Positions 59,300 through 64,000 of a stretch of 64,000 nt of DNA are shown here, piece after piece. A program made the translations under genes and the position numbers. Source of the DNA: Haloplasma contractile. GTDB lineage: Bacteria > Bacillota_I > Bacilli_A > Haloplasmatales > Haloplasmataceae. The notes beneath the pieces are model-generated. The model did no database searches, was not told the origin of the DNA, and saw only the letters and a program-made list of their open reading frames with translations. Every line of letters starts with the position of its first letter. The first letter of the stretch is position 1. Location: contig JAENYC010000002.1 in assembly GCA_016841945.1 (NCBI GenBank), positions 100,275 through 164,274 on the forward strand, in the 5' to 3' direction.

Positions 59300-60097
59300 G
59301 TGATTGATATTTTAAATAGAAAAAATGCCCCTATAAGCCAAGAGGTATGGGAGGAAATTGATGAAAGAGCAAAAGAAGTCATCAAGAGTTATTTATCAGC
59401 AAGAAAAACTCTACATGTTGTAGGTCCTAAAGGATGGGATTATACAGCAGTTGAAGAAGGTAGATTAGGAAAAATAAGTGATTATAATGATCATGTTAAA
59501 TATGCGAGTTTTTTAGTTAAACCGTTAGTAGAGGCTAGAGTTGAGTTTGAAATGGACCGTTTTGAACTAGATAATTTAAGAAGAGGTGCTAAGGATATTG
59601 ATTATAAACCTCTTGAAGATGCGGTAAAAGAAATGGCTTTATTTGAAGAAAATGTGATTTACAAAGGATTAGAAGAAGGCAAGATTAACGGTTTATTAAA
59701 CGATTCAGATAAGAAAGTTATCAAATTAAGTCAAGAATCAGAAGAAATCGTAGATGCGATATCTGAAGGTATGATTCAATTAAGAGAAGCATTTGTGGAT
59801 AAACCTTATACCCTTGTTGTTGGAAGTAAGGTCTGGAAATTAATCAATAGACATATAAAAGGCACTGACCTATTGAAAAAGATAGAAAACATATTAGAAT
59901 CAAAAGTTGTCTATAGTCATGTATTAGAGGGTGCATTATTATTACCATATGACCATGAAGATTTAGAACTCACAATAGGACAAGATTTTACGATTGATTA
60001 TCAAGGTCATGACCATGAAAAGATTAAATTTTATGTAACTGAATCATTTACATATAGAACGTTAGATAAAGATATTATCATACAATATAATTTATAA
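59300..60097 (+). CDS. family 1 encapsulin shell protein (linocin M18-like, HK97 fold)
   Basis: Colinear with T. maritima encapsulin: NAPISQEVWEEIDERAKEV / APLTEKQWQEIDNRAREI; GPKGWDY / GPYGWEY; LTIGQDFTIDYQGHDHEKIKFYVTESFTY / [29 protein letters not shown]. Start codon is uncertain (GTG 59300 overlaps the RBS). Confidence 0.85.
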   Translation: MIDILNRKNAPISQEVWEEIDERAKEVIKSYLSARKTLHVVGPKGWDYTAVEEGRLGKISDYNDHVKYASFLVKPLVEARVEFEMDRFELDNLRRGAKDIDYKPLEDAVKEMALFEENVIYKGLEEGKINGLLNDSDKKVIKLSQESEEIVDAISEGMIQLREAFVDKPYTLVVGSKVWKLINRHIKGTDLLKKIENILESKVVYSHVLEGALLLPYDHEDLELTIGQDFTIDYQGHDHEKIKFYVTESFTYRTLDKDIIIQYNL

Positions 60098-60103
60098 TAA
60101 TTT

Positions 60104-60132
60104 AAAAGCCATAGATAAATTCTATGGCTTTT
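60104..60132 (+). terminator. rho-independent terminator AAAAGCCATAG-ataaatt-CTATGGCTTTT
   Basis: Read directly, after the encapsulin gene. Confidence 0.7.
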
Positions 60133-60187
60133 AATATGCAATGTAGTATAATGTATATATAATAACAAGTTTGAGTGGAGGTTTTAA

Positions 60188-61207
60188 ATGAACAGTTTAC
60201 ATGAAAAGTTAAATCAAATAAAAAGTAAGATGAAACAGTGTGATTTTTCTAATCAATCTGTTTCATGCAAGGTGTTAGAAACCATAGTAAAAATAGCGGG
60301 AACAGCTCCATCAGGTGCAAATTGTCAACCTTGGACTTATGTTTTAGTTAAAGATGAAGAAATCATTCAGTCGATAAGTTCTGAGTCATTATATATAGTC
60401 GTATTATTTAAACAAAACTATGGTGTAGGAAAGAATAAAGAAATCATTAAGCATTATTATGCCCATGAATCCGCTTGTTTATCTGGGGGAATGTTTTTAG
60501 CGGGACTTCATTATGCGAGTATTGATTATAAATTACTGCCTATCGATCCTTCGTTAAATGGTATATTGAAAAGACCTAAACATGAAAAACCTGTTTTATG
60601 CCTATCAATAAAAGGTAATAATACAAAACAAGGTAAATTAGAACCAGAACTAGATGAGTATTATGAATTGATGAGGAAAAGAAGAAGTATAAGACGTTTT
60701 CAACCACAATCCTTTGATAAAAACATCATTCATCAAATGATTGAGCTTGTTCACACTTTGATAAAAGATGATGGATATCGTTTTGTTGTTGTGGATGAAT
60801 CTAGTAAAAAGGAAAAAATAAGAAATGCGAGTGAACAGAATGAAAAAAGACTATATAAAGAATTAATATCTGATGAATGGAGAAAAGCTTTAAAACCATT
60901 AGGTACTAATTGGGAAAAACCACATTTAACAGAAGCACCTTATTTAATTGTTGTGTTTAGTAAAAGTCGTTCTTCTAAAACAATGGCAGGAATAGCTTCA
61001 GGTATGCTTATTCAAATACTTCATTATATAGGACTCAGTACCTTGACTTATACACCGAGTCCTATGAAATTTTTAAATGAGATATTAGATATTTCTTTAG
61101 AGGAAAAACCATTAATGGTACTCCCTGTAGGTTTTAAAGATGAAACTTTCCAATCCCTTAATATAAAGAGAAAAAAATTAAAAGAATTTTATATAAAACA
61201 ATGGTAA
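60188..61207 (+). CDS. nitroreductase-superfamily protein with two tandem or permuted nitroreductase-like halves
   Basis: First half has AGTAPSGANCQPWTYVLV (the APSxxNxQPW motif). Second half starts with the canonical MRKRRSIRRF motif, but its QPW region is degenerate. Confidence 0.55.
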   Translation: MNSLHEKLNQIKSKMKQCDFSNQSVSCKVLETIVKIAGTAPSGANCQPWTYVLVKDEEIIQSISSESLYIVVLFKQNYGVGKNKEIIKHYYAHESACLSGGMFLAGLHYASIDYKLLPIDPSLNGILKRPKHEKPVLCLSIKGNNTKQGKLEPELDEYYELMRKRRSIRRFQPQSFDKNIIHQMIELVHTLIKDDGYRFVVVDESSKKEKIRNASEQNEKRLYKELISDEWRKALKPLGTNWEKPHLTEAPYLIVVFSKSRSSKTMAGIASGMLIQILHYIGLSTLTYTPSPMKFLNEILDISLEEKPLMVLPVGFKDETFQSLNIKRKKLKEFYIKQW

Positions 61208-61809
61208 TTAATGAAGTTTAGTAGTAGTTATATAGTGTCATTGAAATTTATGAAAATCCAATGTTATAATTGACCAGTTTATAGGACATTTTACTTAAAA
61301 TACAGTACATTGGTCATAGTAACGATAATATATTTGCATCCTTCGTATCATTAAAGGGAATATTAAGTTTTAAAGAATTTAAAAGATTTAAAGGTGAATT
61401 TGGTGTTATCTTATATCAGCTATTTAAAATAGTCATTTCTATTTCCCTCTCATTTCACAGACTGAAATAAGTATACCAAAAAAGATAACCTAATTGATTA
61501 TGTTATTACCAAAATTGGTAGTTTTCTCACAATCATTTTTGGTTATCTTTATATTATCATTAATATCTGTGGTTTTATATTAAAAATATAAGGACAAATA
61601 CTTTTTAATTTTAATATAGATTTTTATAATATTAATAATTATTCTACTTAAAAATAGCTATGAAAAAATCAATGATAGAATATAGCATCAATGCAATACC
61701 ACTCCCGATTAGATATATATAGTCGTATAATTAGTGGTGTTTATAGTGTTTAACGAATATATTATCATTAAAATTTAGAGAGTATTTAACGGTGTTTTTA
61801 ATAAACGAA

Positions 61810-62058
61810 TCAATTAATTTTATCAGTGTTTATCTTGATAAATCCTTCAATAACTTTTGGAGTTCTTTTAGATGTTATAACATATTTTATTTCAATAGGC
61901 AATTTATTAAAAATTAAATATGTTGGTAAAAATATATTGGTATATTGCTTAATATAACTTACATTATATTTTATAATTTCAAATTCATCATCCTCGAAAA
62001 TATCATAATTGAAAGTAGAGGCGAAATGGTTGTTGAATTTATTTTTTTCTTGTTCCAA
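61810..62058 (-). CDS. hypothetical protein (82 aa)
   Basis: ORF only. Sits in an AT-rich island, divergent from the GIY-YIG gene. Confidence 0.3.
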   Translation of the reverse strand: MEQEKNKFNNHFASTFNYDIFEDDEFEIIKYNVSYIKQYTNIFLPTYLIFNKLPIEIKYVITSKRTPKVIEGFIKINTDKIN

Positions 62059-62135
62059 TTTGCTATCATAGTTATTTATCGATACGTAATTAGTTTGGTA
62101 GAGTTATTATTAAATATAAAAATAAATACCAAAAT

Positions 62136-62609
62136 ATGGTTCGTAATGCATCGAAGTTGATTAACGAATTAGAAGTTTTAGAAATTTTACCTAATATGTA
62201 TACAGGAGAGGATTTTAATGGATACGAAAATGTTAATTTATCTTATGATCAACTAAAAATTGCTTTAGAAAGGAATAAGACATATATTAACGCATTCAAA
62301 AATCAGAAAGCAGTTTATCTTATTACTGACAAAAATACTGGGAATCTTTATGTTGGTTCTGCAACCTCTAATAATGGTATGCTCTTATCAAGATGGATGG
62401 ATTATATAAAAAGCGGACATGGAAAAAATAAAGCATTTATAGATATTATTTATAATCCAATTAAAGGGTTTGATTATATTAAGAAATATTTTCAATATTC
62501 TATATTAGAAAATTATAATCCAAAGGTTAGTGATGAATATATTCTTAAAAGAGAATCTCATTGGAAAAGAGTATTATTAAGTAGAAATATGGGCTATAAT
62601 AAAAATTAA
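62136..62609 (+). CDS. GIY-YIG nuclease-domain protein
   Basis: KAVYLITDKNTGNLYVGSATSNNGMLLSRWMDY matches the GIY-YIG core (VY.I.....G.LYIGSA....RW). No clear SD. Confidence 0.55.
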   Translation: MVRNASKLINELEVLEILPNMYTGEDFNGYENVNLSYDQLKIALERNKTYINAFKNQKAVYLITDKNTGNLYVGSATSNNGMLLSRWMDYIKSGHGKNKAFIDIIYNPIKGFDYIKKYFQYSILENYNPKVSDEYILKRESHWKRVLLSRNMGYNKN

Positions 62610-62642
62610 TAGTTTTAATTGAAATTAGTAATTAAGTATAAA

Positions 62643-62676
62643 AATGCTTCCCATTTTATAGAGAAGCATTGTCGTT
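62643..62676 (+). terminator. hairpin AATGCTTC-12 nt-GAAGCATT after the GIY-YIG gene
   Basis: Read directly. U-tract is weak. Confidence 0.4.
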
Positions 62677-62948
62677 TAAGGCAATAATAGTTTTTTACAA
62701 ATAACATATCTTATTCCATTTTGTGATTTAATATGTGATTAATCTTTCACCCCACGAAATTCTAACGTTTGGAAATAAACTATAACTTTTTTCAATAGGA
62801 ATTTTCGCAATTATGAATATTTATATGATTTATTGAATAAATATTATATAAATAAATTAGATTTTTATTCAAATATATTGATTTAACATAGCGTAATAAA
62901 AAAATATTAAATGGATATAATAAAAATAGATAAACTAGTATTAAAACC

Positions 62949-62977
62949 TTGACAATGTATACTTTATTAAATATACT
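62949..62977 (+). promoter_or_regulatory. sigma-A-like promoter TTGACA-17-TATACT driving the toxI-like repeat array and toxN-like gene
   Basis: Read directly. Predicted TSS is about 22 nt before the first repeat. Confidence 0.55.
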
Positions 62978-63006
62978 AATAGTAGATACTAATTTATTGG
63001 AATTTT

Positions 63007-63117
63007 CGGGTGAATCTCCACCCTAAAGAGAGAACGATATATACGGGTGAATCTCCACCCTGAAGAGAGAACGATATATACGGGTGAATCTCCACCCTAA
63101 AGAGAGAACGATAATTA
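63007..63117 (+). ncRNA. toxI/antiQ-like type III antitoxin RNA: three tandem 37-nt direct repeats (CGGGTGAATCTCCACCCTAAAGAGAGAACGATATATA)
   Basis: Copies at 63007-63043, 63044-63080 (1 mismatch, A>G) and 63081-63117 (3' end diverged). Each copy contains the hairpin GGGTG-aatctc-CACCC. Located between a promoter and a terminator directly upstream of a ToxN/AbiQ-like ORF. Confidence 0.75.
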
Positions 63118-63124
63118 CTGAAAA

Positions 63125-63160
63125 CTCCTAATAGAATAAATTAGGGGTTTTCTTTTTTTA
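63125..63160 (+). terminator. rho-independent terminator (CTCCTAAT-agaataa-ATTAGGGG + TTTTCTTTTTTT) between repeat array and toxin ORF
   Basis: Read directly. Same arrangement as toxIN and abiQ loci, where a terminator limits read-through into the toxin gene. Confidence 0.65.
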
Positions 63161-63172
63161 TAGGAGGGTAAA

Positions 63173-63805
63173 GTGGATATAAAATTTTATGAGGTAAGCA
63201 ATGATTATATTAAATATTTTAAAAAATATGATAGGAATGTTAGGTTGAATGAAGGGGAAAATTATCAGCATAATAGAAAATACATTGGTGTAATATTAGA
63301 GATAAATTCATTAAAGTATTTTGCACCTCTGAGTTCACCTAAGGGGTCAGACTATAAAGATGATACTAAAACGATTATTAGAAAGAGTAAAATATTTATA
63401 CATAGAATTGTTTATGGGACTCAATTACTTGCAACAGTTCGTATTAGTAATATGATACCAGTTCCAGATCGTTATATAAATCTTTATGATTTAGATAATG
63501 AACCTGATAGGAAATATAAAAAACTATTGTTGAAACAATTTCGAGTAATAAAAAGAGAATTTTCCGAAATTAAAAAATCAGCACTCAGATTATATACTCA
63601 AAAAAATAAAGGTGAAAAACATTCGTATTTACGCTCAACTATAGATTTTAAGAAAATTGAACAAAAGAGTTCAGATTATATAAAAAAATTAGAAGATTTT
63701 GAATCGCATGTTGGAGTAATTGAAACATCTTCGATCACTAAAGAATCAAATAAATCTAAAAATAATTCAGTGGATGTAGAGAGTGTATTAAAAAAGGATG
63801 CTTAG
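63173..63805 (+). CDS. ToxN/AbiQ-family type III toxin (sequence-specific endoribonuclease; abortive-infection protein)
   Basis: AGGAGGG SD, then GTG 63173. N-terminus MDIKFYEVSNDYIKYFKKYDRNV...NRKYIGVILEINSLKYFAPLSSPKG parallels the AbiQ/ToxN N-terminus (MKFY..S.KYIEYLK.FD.KV...IGIVLEI..HKYLAPL(T/S)SPK). 210 aa, with about 35 extra C-terminal residues relative to AbiQ/ToxN. Confidence 0.75.
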   Translation: MDIKFYEVSNDYIKYFKKYDRNVRLNEGENYQHNRKYIGVILEINSLKYFAPLSSPKGSDYKDDTKTIIRKSKIFIHRIVYGTQLLATVRISNMIPVPDRYINLYDLDNEPDRKYKKLLLKQFRVIKREFSEIKKSALRLYTQKNKGEKHSYLRSTIDFKKIEQKSSDYIKKLEDFESHVGVIETSSITKESNKSKNNSVDVESVLKKDA

Positions 63806-63842
63806 TTTTATAGATAGGTAACATAATTATATCTAACAAAAT

Positions 63843-63890
63843 AGCACAAGAAGTCTATTGCGATTTTACTTGTGCTTTTTATTGTTTTTT
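63843..63890 (+). terminator. hairpin AGCACAAG-18 nt-CTTGTGCT + TTTTTATTGTTTTTT after the toxin gene
   Basis: Read directly. Confidence 0.5.
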
Positions 63891-64000
63891 AGTTGAAATT
63901 TTAAACTGAAAATAATGTTTCTATGAAAGATGTTTTTTAAATTAATAGGTAGTGTAAAATAGATTGTGTAAAATAGTAGAATGAACTTAAGGCGCCAGGT

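Noticed and set aside
63007-63117. Considered whether the 37-nt direct repeats are a CRISPR array
   Set aside because: The repeats abut one another with no spacers, there are only 3 copies, and no cas genes are present. Context (promoter, terminator, ToxN-like ORF) fits a type III antitoxin instead.

Overview
The window is AT-rich, standard genetic code (TGA is a stop), and looks like a low-GC Firmicute, probably a spore-forming Erysipelotrichaceae-like gut organism: it has YjcZ-like and DUF421/DUF1657 genes and many surface proteins with Thr-rich linkers and C-terminal TM anchors. No rRNA, tRNA, CRISPR array or transposase/integrase was found. Coordinates I counted by hand for small elements may be off by 1-2 nt.

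- **1-22.8 kb:** a Gram-positive polysaccharide-utilisation locus for a rhamnose-containing glycan. It holds an ABC sugar transporter with a surface-anchored protein gene inserted between the two permease genes, three paralogous GH-like TIM-barrel proteins, a SASA/DUF303 esterase, a GH78 alpha-L-rhamnosidase, a URO-D-like protein, a LacI regulator and rhaA / tandem-aldolase rhaD-like / rhaB.
- **22.8-58.6 kb:** mixed accessory and housekeeping genes, including:
  - an ArsA_HSP20-like ATPase with two YwaF-like membrane paralogs;
  - two unannotated tiny YjcZ-like TM proteins;
  - galM and a Crp/Fnr regulator followed by ScdA/RIC;
  - an APH-like kinase, a BCCT transporter and a dNK-like kinase;
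  - a DUF421/DUF1657 pair;
  - an AT-rich degenerate stretch with a frameshifted ORF;
  - glpK-glpP, then a leader terminator, then a three-gene anaerobic-type G3P dehydrogenase set (GlpA-like, oxidoreductase, DUF1667);
  - HIT, rhomboid, a TetR-regulated ABC-2 exporter, PadR-DUF1700, sfsA, ASCH, tsaA and an M48 protease;
  - DUF4259, macro and GNAT genes, a PgpA/YutG-like gene, and a HisKA_3 two-component system with an FtsX-type ABC module.
- **58.9-60.1 kb:** a family-1 encapsulin operon whose cargo is an encapsulated ferritin (EncFtn) with a C-terminal DSLKIGNLK targeting peptide.
- **62.9-63.8 kb (most interesting):** an unannotated type III toxin-antitoxin (ToxIN/AbiQ-like abortive-infection) module. 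It reads sigma-A-like promoter, then 3 tandem 37-nt direct repeats each with an internal GGGTG/CACCC hairpin, then an intrinsic terminator, then a ToxN/AbiQ-family endoribonuclease ORF. It sits in an AT-rich island beside a GIY-YIG nuclease-domain gene.
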